Positions 24,839 to 35,089 of a stretch of 64,000 nt of DNA are shown here, one piece after another. Each line of letters begins with the position of its first letter. The stretch's first letter is position 1. The notes under the pieces were generated by a model. That model was not told where the DNA came from. It searched no databases and saw nothing but the letters and a program-made list of their open reading frames with translations. The position numbers and the translations under genes were made by a program. Origin of the DNA: Candidatus Iainarchaeum sp. (GTDB lineage: Archaea; Iainarchaeota; Iainarchaeia; Iainarchaeales; GCA-2688035); assembly GCA_017610175.1 (NCBI GenBank), contig JAFCCO010000003.1, positions 1 to 64,000 of the forward strand, read 5' to 3'.

Positions 24839-27037
24839 TCAGCCCACATAACTTGGCTTGTAGTTTGAATAGTTTTCCTTAAACTCATCGTATGCTTCCT
24901 CAGTCTCTTCTGAAATGCTTGGCTTCATCTTCTTGAGGATTGCATCAAAGTGCTTCTTTTCAACAGGCGTCGGTTTAAGGTTGTTTTCCTTTAAGATAAG
25001 TAATGCAGATTCACGCACTAAACCCTCTAAATCGGCTCCGCTGAAGCCCTCTGTTTTTCCTGCAATTTCCTCAAGGTCAACACTTTTATCAAGCATTTTT
25101 TTGGCTTCAATTCTTTTTGCGTGAACTTTAAGAATGCTCAACCTTGCCTTTTTGTCAGGAGCGCTTACCTTTATCAGTTTGTCAATCCTGCCCGGCCTCA
25201 AAAGCCCAGGATCCAAAAGATCGGGCCTGTTTGTTGCCGCAATAAACACAACATTACGTAACGCCTCTACCCCATCAAGCTCTGTAAGAAGCTGGTTGAG
25301 GACACGGTCACCTACATGGCTGCCTGTTGAGTCCCCCCTTCTTGTTGCAATGCTGTCAATCTCATCAAAGAAAACAATTGAGGGCGCAACCTGCCTTGCT
25401 CTTCTGAAAATCTTTCTGATCCCCTTTTCGCTTTCCCCAACCCACATGCTCAAAAGCTCAGGGCCCTTTATGCTTATAAAATTTGCCTCACTTTCGGTTG
25501 CAACCGCTTTTGCGAGAAGTGTTTTTCCACAGCCAGGCGGCCCAAATAAGAGAATCCCGCTTGGCGGCCTTATGCCCATTTTCTTGAACGCATCGGGCTT
25601 TTTAAGCGGCCATTCCACAGCCTGCTTTAGTTCGTCCTTCATGTTTTTCAAGCCACCAATGTCCTCCCATTTTATGTTTGGAATCTCTATTGCAACTTCC
25701 CTCAATCCAGAGGGCTGCACGTCCTTTAATCCGTTCAGAAAATCGCGTCGGTTTACTTCCAAAGTTTCAAGAACTTCAGGGGGAATTATTTCATCCTCAA
25801 GATTTATTTTAGGGAGATATCTACGCAATGCCTTCATTGCAGCTTCCTTTGCAAGTGCTGCAATGTCCGCACCAACAAACCCGTGGGTTATTCCTGAAAA
25901 GTAATCCATGTCAACCTTGCGGTCCTCTTCCTTTGCAAGAGGCATTCCCCTTGTGTGAATTAGCAAAATTTCCTTTCGGGCTTTTTTGTCAGGGGCCGGG
26001 AACTCTATTTCGCGGTCAAAACGGCCTGGCCTGCGAAGGGCTTCATCAATGCTGTTTACACGGTTTGTTGCCGCAATAATAATTACGTTTCCCCTCGCTT
26101 CCAGCCCATCCATTGACGAAAGAATTTGTGCAACAACTCTTCTTTCCACCTCACCAACAACGTCCTCGCGCTTTGGGGCAATAGCATCTAATTCATCAAT
26201 AAAAATTATGCTTGGTGCGTTCTCCTCAGCCTCTTTGAATATTTGCCTGATTCTCTCCTCAGCCTCACCGACAAACTTGCTCATTATTTCAGGGGCATTA
26301 ACCGAAATGAAATGTGCCCTTGTTTCGTTTGCAACGGCTTTTGCAAGAAGAGTTTTTCCCGTTCCTGGAGACCCGAATAACAGCACCCCCTTCGGGGGCG
26401 CAATTCCAAGCTTGCGGAAGAGCTCCGGATGCTTCATGGGAAGCTCAATCATTTCCCTTACTTTCTGAATCTGTTCGTCAAGCCCTCCAATATCCTCATA
26501 GGCAATTCGCGGAATACCCTCAAGTTCACCCTTAACAGGTTTTTCCTTCAACATAAACTGTGTAAAATCAGAAACCTTTACTGTTCCGCGCGGGATAGTT
26601 TCAACAACCTTGTATTCAAATCCCGAGCCAAAAATTGGGACCCAAACTTTGTCGCCCGAAGTTAACGGGCGGCCAAGAAAGCTTTTTTTGAGAATCCGGT
26701 CATAACCGCTTGCAACAATTCTCACTTCCTGTGTTGGCGCAAGAACAACTTTTTTTGCTTCTTTTATTTCAATCCTGCTGACCCTTACTTTTTCACCAAG
26801 ACTGGCACCTGCGTTTTGCCTTATGAAGTGGTCCATTCGGATTATTGCCCTGCCCTCATCCTCGGTCCTGGCAGGCCAGATTATTGCAGCGGTTCTGCGA
26901 TTGCCGGATATTTCAATTATGTCCCCGCTTGTAACGCCCAAAGAAACCTTTGTTCTGCGGTCAAGAGTAACTATATTGCGCCCAACATGGGTTGGATCCG
27001 GCTCGTCAACCTTCAAAACAACTTCTTTTTCGGACAT
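24839..27037 (-). CDS. cdc48: CDC48/VCP (VAT) AAA+ ATPase
   Basis: N-domain plus two AAA modules ([24 protein letters not shown]; [22 protein letters not shown]). Confidence 0.97.
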   Translation of the reverse strand: MSEKEVVLKVDEPDPTHVGRNIVTLDRRTKVSLGVTSGDIIEISGNRRTAAIIWPARTEDEGRAIIRMDHFIRQNAGASLGEKVRVSRIEIKEAKKVVLAPTQEVRIVASGYDRILKKSFLGRPLTSGDKVWVPIFGSGFEYKVVETIPRGTVKVSDFTQFMLKEKPVKGELEGIPRIAYEDIGGLDEQIQKVREMIELPMKHPELFRKLGIAPPKGVLLFGSPGTGKTLLAKAVANETRAHFISVNAPEIMSKFVGEAEERIRQIFKEAEENAPSIIFIDELDAIAPKREDVVGEVERRVVAQILSSMDGLEARGNVIIIAATNRVNSIDEALRRPGRFDREIEFPAPDKKARKEILLIHTRGMPLAKEEDRKVDMDYFSGITHGFVGADIAALAKEAAMKALRRYLPKINLEDEIIPPEVLETLEVNRRDFLNGLKDVQPSGLREVAIEIPNIKWEDIGGLKNMKDELKQAVEWPLKKPDAFKKMGIRPPSGILLFGPPGCGKTLLAKAVATESEANFISIKGPELLSMWVGESEKGIRKIFRRARQVAPSIVFFDEIDSIATRRGDSTGSHVGDRVLNQLLTELDGVEALRNVVFIAATNRPDLLDPGLLRPGRIDKLIKVSAPDKKARLSILKVHAKRIEAKKMLDKSVDLEEIAGKTEGFSGADLEGLVRESALLILKENNLKPTPVEKKHFDAILKKMKPSISEETEEAYDEFKENYSNYKPSYVG

Positions 27038-27076
27038 AATTAAATCATTCCCTGTAAAGCAATAAAAAACATTGCA

Positions 27077-27868
27077 TTACCTTTCCGCAACTGCCACATT
27101 TTCTGCGGGAATTGCACGAATCACCTCATCAAGACTTATAGTGAGTTGCTCCTTACTGCGCTTTTTAAGTGTTGAAACTATTTGCTTTGCTATGCCGCCT
27201 GCCTCCTTTTTTCCGTGGACGATTTCAACAGCACAATTGTTTCCTGCAAAAACAGAGGGAGGCGCCCCCATAAGCTCGCCTTTCTTGTTTAGCCCAACAA
27301 TAATCTTTAGCGGTGTTTTTCTGAACCACTTTCTCTTCCCGTAAATCATGAACGAACCGGTTCCAAGTGATGTGCCGCTTGGGGCCTTCTTGCTCACCTG
27401 TTCGGGGGGGACTGCGTATACATCAATCGCAGGCAGGGACTGTTTCCAGGCCTTGCTGAATACCGCGGCAAACTGCGCTGCCTCATTAAAGGTTGTTTCA
27501 GGAATTTCCTGCCTCTCTGCCTTGATTATGCAAACGCTTCCGCCCGGAATGTCGGCGTGGAGGAAATAGTCCCCCTCTTCAAGATGTTTTTTGACAAGCT
27601 GTTCGTTTCCCTTTGCGCTTCTTCCCCCAATCACAAGAAAATTGTCGGATGAAAAAAACCAGTGCAGGCTGTGAAACCACTGCTGCTTTTTCTTTTTGAC
27701 CGGCTTTGCTTTCTCAGAGGGTTTTGACTCAATGCTTGAAATTAATTCTTTTGTGTGCTCGATTGCAATTTTGAGGCCGGTAAGTTTCTTTTTGGCTTTT
27801 TTTGCGCGCTCAAAGTGGAGGGAAGCGTTTTCCTCAACGCTTTTTTCAAAATCAAGTTCGATTGTCAT
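27077..27868 (-). CDS. NFACT-R (DUF814) domain protein, N-terminally truncated Rqc2/NEMF-like
   Basis: IELDFEKSVEENASLHFERAKKAKKK coiled coil, WFHSLHWFFSSDNFLVIGGRSA, LHADIPGG, EAAQFAAVFSKAWK and GSFMIYGKR motifs. Confidence 0.85.
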   Translation of the reverse strand: MTIELDFEKSVEENASLHFERAKKAKKKLTGLKIAIEHTKELISSIESKPSEKAKPVKKKKQQWFHSLHWFFSSDNFLVIGGRSAKGNEQLVKKHLEEGDYFLHADIPGGSVCIIKAERQEIPETTFNEAAQFAAVFSKAWKQSLPAIDVYAVPPEQVSKKAPSGTSLGTGSFMIYGKRKWFRKTPLKIIVGLNKKGELMGAPPSVFAGNNCAVEIVHGKKEAGGIAKQIVSTLKKRSKEQLTISLDEVIRAIPAENVAVAER

Positions 27869-28401
27869 TCAAGAGCCCGTTCCTTTTTGATGAGTTCAAT
27901 TATTGATTTTGTCCTGCTTGCGTTCTTGAAAATCGGCTCCACTGAAAAGAAGCTCTGCGAATCCTTAACCAAATCATAGAAACCCGGAATTGAGCGGTAT
28001 CTTTTCTGGCTTTCAGCATGGTAAGTTTCAATATCGCGATAAATGTGCCTGCTTAGGAAGTTCCAGTTCCCCCCTCCGACAACACTGCTTACCCAGTATA
28101 CATGCGGGTCCTTTTCAATTTCCTCAAGGTACTTTTCAAATGCCTTTTGCGCACTCAAGTCTGCCTGAGTGAAACTCAGAACCTCAAGGTTGTAGCCAAG
28201 TTTCCTGAAATTAACCTTTGGGCCAAAGCCCTGAAGTACGCCTGCCTTCTCAAGGAAGTCGAGGCTGCTTTTAATTGTCGCCTTGTGGTAGCCGGTAATG
28301 CGCTTAATCTGCCTGATATTGGGCTGAACGGTCTTTGGCCCGAGTAAGGCCTCAAGTATATTGATTCTTATTTCATCGGTTACCTTCATTTGGTTTGCCA
28401 T
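27865..28401 (-). CDS. Lrp/AsnC-family transcriptional regulator
   Basis: HTH (NIRQIKRITGYHKATIKSSLDFLEKAGVL), VNFRKLG linker, RAM-like C-terminus. Confidence 0.75.
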   Translation of the reverse strand: MANQMKVTDEIRINILEALLGPKTVQPNIRQIKRITGYHKATIKSSLDFLEKAGVLQGFGPKVNFRKLGYNLEVLSFTQADLSAQKAFEKYLEEIEKDPHVYWVSSVVGGGNWNFLSRHIYRDIETYHAESQKRYRSIPGFYDLVKDSQSFFSVEPIFKNASRTKSIIELIKKERALE

Positions 28402-28647
28402 GCGCCATACACCACTTTACTTTAAACTATACAAAATATTACACCTTAATTAATTTAAGTGTATCGCATATGGCAGCAATAAGTTGATAGTTGTTATATA
28501 TGTTGGACGCGTATACTTATTACAAGGAAACACCACTAGGAGGGATTCAAGAGATTGTGAATCTTTGGTTGAAGAGAGGGATAGGCTCACCAGGCTAATA
28601 CTATTAACAAAAAAAAATTGGCTTCTTTATGTATGTCTCTCTTCAAC

Positions 28648-30741
28648 CTACTTCTTCTTAGTTCCTTCTTTTTTATCTTTAGCTGTTTTCTTTGCAGCCT
28701 TTTCAGCGCTTCTTTTCTTCCACTCTTCTTTTGATGGGCAATTGTAGTCAATGCACATTTTAAACGACATGCGGGGCCCCTTAAGATGAATCATAATATT
28801 TCCGCACTCAGGGCAGCGCTCTTCAATCGGAGAAAGTGAGCCCTTTTGGGGAAGGGGGTATGTTGTTGTGCACTTTGGATAATTGCTGCAGCCAAGGAAA
28901 CGCTTTCCCGTTGCCCTTCCCTTTCTAATCATAAGCTGTCCCCCGCACCCTTTGGTTGGGCAATCGCCAATTATTGAATCGGAAATAAGCGCTTTTCTCA
29001 AATGCGAACCAACATCGTTCTTGTGCTCTAAAAGTATTTCAAGCGCCTTGGAGAGAGCTTCCCTGCTTTCATTGACAACATCCGGCTTCTTCTTTTTGCC
29101 GGCAGCAATAAAATCCATTTCCTTTTCAAGATCGGCAGTCATGTTAGGCTTTGAAATAACCGGGGCATGCTGTTCAAGAGACTCAATTACGGCAAAGGCA
29201 ATCTTATTCGGCTCCAAAGTTGTCTTCCCAAAAATGTAGTTTCTTGCAAGAAGCTTTTGGATTATGTCCGCCCTGGTTGACTTTGTTCCAAGATTTAACT
29301 CAGACATCACCTTAAGCAAGGACCCCTGTGAATACCTTGGCTTTGGCTGGGTCTGTTTTGAGGCAAAGTTAAGGTCAACAAGATCAAGCACGTCCTTTTC
29401 GGCAAGCGAAGGCAGGAACACCTCTGTCGCCTTTGAGTAAGGGTAAACTTCCTTCCAGCCCTTCTTCACAAACACCTGCCCGGTTGCAACAAAGGGCTGT
29501 GCGTTCAAATCAATGTCAACCGAAAGGTTTTCGGTAATCGCATCCTCGGCAAGGGTTGCAAGAAACCGCCTGCAAACCAACTCATAAACTTTCCAAACGT
29601 CGGGCTGGAGCTTTTCCCTTGCAACAGGAGCAACCGGATGAATTGGCGGATGGTCCTTTGAAACCTTTCCCGCAGACGGGGAAATCTTTCCAAGCGCAAG
29701 AATCTTCTGAACATCGGCCCTTAATTCAACCACATTCTCCAAAGACTTTAGGATTGCCTTAAGGTCAATTGTGGGAGGGTATGCAAGGTTGTCTGTTCGA
29801 GGGTATGAAATGAAACCGCTTTGGTAAAGTGATTCCGCAAGCCTCATTGCGCGGCCTGCAGTAAAGCCGATTGAAGTGGCTGCGGCAAGAAAAGAAGTTG
29901 TGTTGAACGGAAACGGTTTTTTTAGGGTGCGCTTTTTCTTCGTAACTTTTGTAACAATTCCTTTGGGGAGATTTTTGCAGTCAAATGCCTTCTCGGCTTC
30001 CTCTTTGTCCCAGAACTTTCCGTTTTTGTGTGAGGCCTCAAACTTTTTTGAGCCTTTGGAGAAAACCGCGGCAATCTCCCAAAAATCCTTTGGGTTGAAT
30101 GCAAGCCTTTCCTTTTCCCGATTTACAATTAAGGCAAGGGTTGGGCCCTGAACACGGCCCATGCTAAGGAATTGTTTTCCAAGCCTGCCTGAAACAAGTG
30201 AAAGGAATCTTGTCAGAACCGCACCCCAAACAAGGTCAATCTCACGGCGCGAGTCGGCCGAGTCAGCCATGTTTTTGTCAGCATCCTCCAAAGAATCAAA
30301 AGCTGTGTCAATATCTTTCGGGGTTATTGCAGAGAACAGGGCCCGCTTAACCTTAATCTTCGGGTTGCCCTCTTTCAAGGCATTTATTGCCTCAAAACCA
30401 ATTGATTCCCCTTCACGGTCATTGTCGGTTGCAATAATTACGAGCTCAACGTCTTTTGCAACTTTTCTCAAAAAATCAAGAATCGGCTTTTCCGTATCCC
30501 TGTACTCAATCTCCGCAACGGCAAGCTTTCGCAAATCGGTTCCAAGCCAGTAGCTGTATTTCTTTGGAAAGTCAACATCTGAAACATGCCCACGGAGCGG
30601 AACGGTGATGTACTGCTCTGTCTTGTGCTCAAACAGGAAAAATTTTGCACCACCCTCCATCGAGGGCGAAACCTTCTTTTCCGCAAGAATTGTTGAAATT
30701 CTCTCTCCTGCAATGGCCTTTTCGGCAACAACTAGAATCAT
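28648..30741 (-). CDS. topA: DNA topoisomerase IA with C-terminal zinc ribbons
   Basis: VVAEK TOPRIM, ATDNDREGESIG, SMGRVQGPTL, ISYPRTD (catalytic Tyr), GTKSTRA, C4 zinc ribbons. Start at ATG 30741. Confidence 0.97.
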   Translation of the reverse strand: MILVVAEKAIAGERISTILAEKKVSPSMEGGAKFFLFEHKTEQYITVPLRGHVSDVDFPKKYSYWLGTDLRKLAVAEIEYRDTEKPILDFLRKVAKDVELVIIATDNDREGESIGFEAINALKEGNPKIKVKRALFSAITPKDIDTAFDSLEDADKNMADSADSRREIDLVWGAVLTRFLSLVSGRLGKQFLSMGRVQGPTLALIVNREKERLAFNPKDFWEIAAVFSKGSKKFEASHKNGKFWDKEEAEKAFDCKNLPKGIVTKVTKKKRTLKKPFPFNTTSFLAAATSIGFTAGRAMRLAESLYQSGFISYPRTDNLAYPPTIDLKAILKSLENVVELRADVQKILALGKISPSAGKVSKDHPPIHPVAPVAREKLQPDVWKVYELVCRRFLATLAEDAITENLSVDIDLNAQPFVATGQVFVKKGWKEVYPYSKATEVFLPSLAEKDVLDLVDLNFASKQTQPKPRYSQGSLLKVMSELNLGTKSTRADIIQKLLARNYIFGKTTLEPNKIAFAVIESLEQHAPVISKPNMTADLEKEMDFIAAGKKKKPDVVNESREALSKALEILLEHKNDVGSHLRKALISDSIIGDCPTKGCGGQLMIRKGRATGKRFLGCSNYPKCTTTYPLPQKGSLSPIEERCPECGNIMIHLKGPRMSFKMCIDYNCPSKEEWKKRSAEKAAKKTAKDKKEGTKKK

Positions 30742-30802
30742 GCAACTTATTTCTTGCATCAAAAAGAATAAAAACAATAAACGCCTTTCTTGATTGAAAG
30801 AC

Positions 30803-32074
30803 ATGATTTCAGCCATCCCGCTAGCACAAATTCCAACAATAGAGCTGTTGACGCAGATTGCAATAGTTCTCTTTTTGGGGGTTATGCTTAATTTTGGAAG
30901 CAAAAAAACAGGATTCCCCTTCATAGTCGCACTTATACTTGTGGGGACCGCCGGAGTTTCATTCGGCTTTCTGGATATGGGGAAGTGGATTGGCTTCAGC
31001 GAACTTATCAGAACACTTGCCCTGATAATTATTGTATTCAGCGCGGGTTTTCATTTACAACTGCAGGAAATCAAAAAGGAATCAAAAATTATTCTCATGC
31101 TTGCAACTCTCGGGGTGTTAATAACCGCGTCATTCATAACGGGGATAACATTCTACCTGCTCAGCATCCCGCTGATTACCGCCGCATTCCTTGGAACACT
31201 TCTTAGCGGAAGTGACCCTGCAGCAATATCCTGCGGCACAGGCAGCGAATGCAGCATAAAGGACAAGCTTTCAAGAATTATACTAAGTGAAAGCGTGTTC
31301 AACCAGCCACTCACACTAATACTGCCGCTGCTTCTGCTTGACTTTGTTACAAAACCAGAACTTGCATTGCTTAACATCCCAAAATTTTTCCTGATGATTG
31401 TGGTTGGAACAGCGGTGGGGGTTGTGGGTGCTGGGCTCGGGCAAAAAATACTTATTTCACTAAGAACAGAGCACGAAGAAATTGCGGGCCTGATGATTGC
31501 AATCTCATCATATGTAATTGCGGAAAACCTTTTTGGTTCAGGAATTCTTGCGGTTGCGGTAACGGCACTGCTTCTCAGCAGCAGAAACATTCCGGAAAAG
31601 GATGTTCTTGGAACATTTTCGGAACAGCTTGCTTTCCTGTTCACCGTGTTTGTGTTCATCCTGCTTGGAATGCAATTCTCATTCCAGCAGCTTATACAGC
31701 TTTCAATCACAAGATACGAAATAATTGCGGTTGTTGCCGCATTAATTATAGGGCGGCTGCTAAGCAGCATTATAGTTCTTTTCAGAACCCCGCTAAAACT
31801 CGTTGAGCGGATAAAAATTGGGCTGATTTCGCCCAAGGGAATTGGGCCCGCTGCCCTGGCTCCCCTGTTGATAGTGCACGGGGTCGTGGGAGGGGAAACG
31901 GTTGTGAAAATCGTTTACATTGCAATAATTGCAAGCATCATTATCTCAAAGTTTTTCATGAGAATGAGTGTGGAACCAAGCCTGCCTGAGCTTGCAAAGG
32001 AAAAAACAAAGGCACACAAAATCGCAAATGGTCAGGCCAAAGAAAAAACCGGAAAGAACAAGCTCGAATCCTAA
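30803..32074 (+). CDS. NhaP/CPA1-type cation:proton antiporter
   Basis: About 12 TM helices; SGSDPAA, LSESVFNQP and PKGIGPAALA motifs. Confidence 0.85.
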   Translation: MISAIPLAQIPTIELLTQIAIVLFLGVMLNFGSKKTGFPFIVALILVGTAGVSFGFLDMGKWIGFSELIRTLALIIIVFSAGFHLQLQEIKKESKIILMLATLGVLITASFITGITFYLLSIPLITAAFLGTLLSGSDPAAISCGTGSECSIKDKLSRIILSESVFNQPLTLILPLLLLDFVTKPELALLNIPKFFLMIVVGTAVGVVGAGLGQKILISLRTEHEEIAGLMIAISSYVIAENLFGSGILAVAVTALLLSSRNIPEKDVLGTFSEQLAFLFTVFVFILLGMQFSFQQLIQLSITRYEIIAVVAALIIGRLLSSIIVLFRTPLKLVERIKIGLISPKGIGPAALAPLLIVHGVVGGETVVKIVYIAIIASIIISKFFMRMSVEPSLPELAKEKTKAHKIANGQAKEKTGKNKLES

Positions 32075-32544
32075 AACCTTTTCTGCAGCGAACTTGAAGG
32101 AAGCGCTTTGCTTCGCTTTATCTCCGAAAGAACAACAAGCGTTTTCAAATCAAGGATTCCATCAAGCAACCCAAGCCTGTTAATTACCTTTTCAGCATTG
32201 TCAAGGTCGTTGACCAGGATTTTTGCAAGCATATTGTATTCGCCCAAAACCTGGTGCAGTTCAACAATGTAGTCAAGTGCACAGAGCTTCTTAATCAGGT
32301 CCTTGTTCTTTGAGATTTCGGTTCTGATTTGGACAAAAATAGGGTTCTCAAAACCAAGAACCTTAAAGTTGATGTCCGCAGAGATTGCGGAAATAACGCC
32401 CTTTCTCTTAAGGCCCTCAACCCTTTTCTTTATTGCAACATCTGTAAGGTTTGTTTCCTTTGCAATACTGCTAAAGGATGCCCTGCCGTCCTCAATAAGC
32501 CTTTTAAGAATGGCCAAATCCACCTTATCCAATGAAACCTGCAT
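32071..32544 (-). CDS. Lrp/AsnC-family transcriptional regulator
   Basis: LDKVDLAILKRLIEDGRASFSSIAKE...KKRVEGLKRKGVI and VLGEYNML RAM motif. Confidence 0.92.
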   Translation of the reverse strand: MQVSLDKVDLAILKRLIEDGRASFSSIAKETNLTDVAIKKRVEGLKRKGVISAISADINFKVLGFENPIFVQIRTEISKNKDLIKKLCALDYIVELHQVLGEYNMLAKILVNDLDNAEKVINRLGLLDGILDLKTLVVLSEIKRSKALPSSSLQKRF

Positions 32545-32663
32545 AAAAAAACTCCCCCTCAAAACATTAAACAAATATACATTAATATTTCAAATAAAAC
32601 TTTATTAAAAAGTTTGCTTTCTGAAAGAAAGGGTTAATAATTTTGCAAAACCTAATTAATCAC

Positions 32664-34262
32664 ATGGAGGGAAGGAACGGAGGCAAACCAATAGCTTCTG
32701 CAGTTGAAAAAATCGCCAAAGAATGCGAGAATGCAGGCTGCTCAACCTGGACAGTAACAAAGATAATCAAGGAAATCTCAAAGGAAGAAACGGGCTCTGA
32801 AGCAAAGCTTCGGAAAAATGCGCTTGTGCTCCTCTCCAAACTCGACCCGGCCGCAGCCCAAGTTTTTGCAAGCTTCCAGCGAATGCTTGTCAGGACAAGC
32901 AAGCAAACAATTGAACACTTTGATCGGGGAAACATAATTCGCTCCCTGTTAAAGGAAACAGATGTAACAAGAGGTGTTGCCGAGAAGATCGGGCACGAGG
33001 TCGAGGAAAAAATAAAGGACCTGGAAATAAGCGCAATATCAACCGCACTAATTAGAGAAATGGTAAATGTAAAGCTGCTTGAATACGGGCACGAAAATAT
33101 TAGGAACCAGTATGCAAGGGCTGGCCTTCCGGTTTACGATGTGATGAAAAAAGTGAAAAGGTTTCCCTACAGCAACAAGGAGGTCCTTGCAGACTTTAAC
33201 CTGCTTAAGGCGATTCCAAAAAAATTCGGGGATATGCACCTTAACTCCAGCATATTTATTGCAAACATTGAGGACTTCTCAACCAAGCCAATTGCATTCT
33301 GCCACCAATTCGAAGAAAAAAACAACATTGAGGAAACGATATTTTCAAACCTTAAGCGAATGAACGAATTAAGCAGGCTTGTCTCCTGGCCGGTGAATGC
33401 AAACAACGTTAACCTTGCGCTTATGCAACACGCAAGCAAGAGAAGCGTGGGAAAGACCGTAAAGCTTTTCGCAAGCGCGTTTAATGCCGTGTTCCCCCAG
33501 GCGCAAAGCATTCCACGCAACATAGGAATCAGCCTGTTTATTCCAGATGAATTTGAGGGCGTTGACCGGGAATTACTTGCAAGCAGCGCAGGCGTTTTCA
33601 TGAAAGAGTGGAAGCGTGAAAAAACCAATTCCACCCTCGTTCTTTCACTTGACACAAAATACAAACTGAAACTGCTTAAGGAATTAAGAGGGGCAATGCT
33701 TTTGAACAACAGCGAAAACAAGCTTAACCCATTAAACGGAATTGCCTCGGAAAAAAACATCTGCTCGCTCTTTGGATTAAACCTTGCAAAATTCGCAAGC
33801 GGTGGAAAAGAAGACAAATTTTACGAACGGCTTGGGGAAAGCATAAAGGCAGTGAAAGAGCTTGCGAAAATCAAGATGGCAATACTCTCCAAAAGGGAGT
33901 ATCACTCAAAAGCAGGAATCAATCCAAAGGAAATGGTTGATGTTGCCGGGCTTTACGGTTTGGCTTACGCAGCACAGGAAATTGCGGGAGAGGGAAAGGA
34001 AGCCGTTAGGTTTGCCGAACGCACCGTCGCCTCAATCTCAAAAGAACTGGGGAACGGATTCATAATAACAGAGCTGTTGAACAAGGTTGGAAGAAATCGG
34101 TTTGAAGAAAATTTAAAAGACCGCGAAAAAGGCGGGCTTTCAAAAAAATTCCGCGAAAGCGATTCGCTCAGAAAAAGAATGCAGCTTGTAATGAAAGCGG
34201 AAAATAAGAGGGAAGCAAGCGAGTTAATTGATTCAGGGTCTGAACTTATAGAGATTCACTGA
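32664..34262 (+). CDS. ATP-cone protein resembling a degenerate class III ribonucleotide reductase (NrdD-like)
   Basis: VRTSKQTIEHFDRGNIIRSLLKET...LIREMVNVKLLEYG...YARAGLPVYDV matches the archaeal NrdD N-terminus; LNLAKFA and VAGLYGLAYA resemble NrdD core strands; no C-terminal glycyl-radical motif. Confidence 0.7.
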   Translation: MEGRNGGKPIASAVEKIAKECENAGCSTWTVTKIIKEISKEETGSEAKLRKNALVLLSKLDPAAAQVFASFQRMLVRTSKQTIEHFDRGNIIRSLLKETDVTRGVAEKIGHEVEEKIKDLEISAISTALIREMVNVKLLEYGHENIRNQYARAGLPVYDVMKKVKRFPYSNKEVLADFNLLKAIPKKFGDMHLNSSIFIANIEDFSTKPIAFCHQFEEKNNIEETIFSNLKRMNELSRLVSWPVNANNVNLALMQHASKRSVGKTVKLFASAFNAVFPQAQSIPRNIGISLFIPDEFEGVDRELLASSAGVFMKEWKREKTNSTLVLSLDTKYKLKLLKELRGAMLLNNSENKLNPLNGIASEKNICSLFGLNLAKFASGGKEDKFYERLGESIKAVKELAKIKMAILSKREYHSKAGINPKEMVDVAGLYGLAYAAQEIAGEGKEAVRFAERTVASISKELGNGFIITELLNKVGRNRFEENLKDREKGGLSKKFRESDSLRKRMQLVMKAENKREASELIDSGSELIEIH

Positions 34263-35044
34263 ATTCTTTTGGATGCTTCGGAAAGGTCCTTGCTTTCAAC
34301 CTGCTCTTTTCTTTTGTTGTCGCCAACAAGCTGCGGCGACTTAATCAAATCAAACTTCAGCATGAAAATATATGTTTTCATAATCTCCACAAATGGCAAA
34401 ACAAATACAAGAGTCAAAAGAAGAGAAATGTATGACCCTACAAAATAAAACCCGTCAAGCAGATGCCCGACAACTGAAACCACCGCAAGCAAAACAGAGC
34501 CCATAACCAGAATCTGAATTGTTCTCTTTGGATGCTTCACAATGAATTCTGCACTGTTCATTATTGAATGGTCCACCCCCTCTTCATCAACCACAATTGA
34601 CTGCGGGGCAAACATTGTTGCAACGGAAATTACAAGCAAAGCAAGCGAAACAGGAATTGCCCCGAAGCCAAGCCAAACCATTGCGATTACTGCCGCAAAC
34701 GAAAATGTGGAAAACAAAACATAGAAAATGAAAATTTTCAAGGTAAACTTCTGAATCATCTCATGCAGGTAAAACTGAAGCTTAAGCTTGCTCAGGCTCT
34801 TTCTGACTGAGAAAATTATTACCGAAATCAGGAAAGAATAAAACACAAGAAAAACAAGCATTATGGGAGCAAGAAAAACCGCTTCAGAAACCGCATTTGC
34901 ATTGTAATCAACAAGCATTGTCCCGGTGCTTGCAAAAACGTTCTCAAAGAATGAAAAAGCGGGCACAAAAACAAGCAAAAGGGCAAAAGCCAGTGCGGCC
35001 TTGATATTGCGGCTGTAGTGCTCAAACACCTTGTTTAAAATCAT
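34256..35044 (-). CDS. Multi-pass membrane protein, unknown function
   Basis: About 6 TM helices; FAPQSIVVDE...SIMNS loop. Confidence 0.7.
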   Translation of the reverse strand: MILNKVFEHYSRNIKAALAFALLLVFVPAFSFFENVFASTGTMLVDYNANAVSEAVFLAPIMLVFLVFYSFLISVIIFSVRKSLSKLKLQFYLHEMIQKFTLKIFIFYVLFSTFSFAAVIAMVWLGFGAIPVSLALLVISVATMFAPQSIVVDEEGVDHSIMNSAEFIVKHPKRTIQILVMGSVLLAVVSVVGHLLDGFYFVGSYISLLLTLVFVLPFVEIMKTYIFMLKFDLIKSPQLVGDNKRKEQVESKDLSEASKRIQ

Positions 35045-35089
35045 CCAATCCCCAAAACTATATTGTTAGGATTGTTCTTAAAAACCATT

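Noticed and set aside
25134-26468. Long antisense ORFs opposite cdc48 (likewise opposite thrS, the pilus ATPase and the antiporters)
   Set aside because: Ser/Phe/Leu-rich mirror translations of well-conserved genes with no motifs of their own.
30742-30924. N-terminal extension of topA overlapping the antiporter gene
   Set aside because: The TOPRIM domain starts at MILVVAEK (30741); the extension is antisense to the divergent gene.
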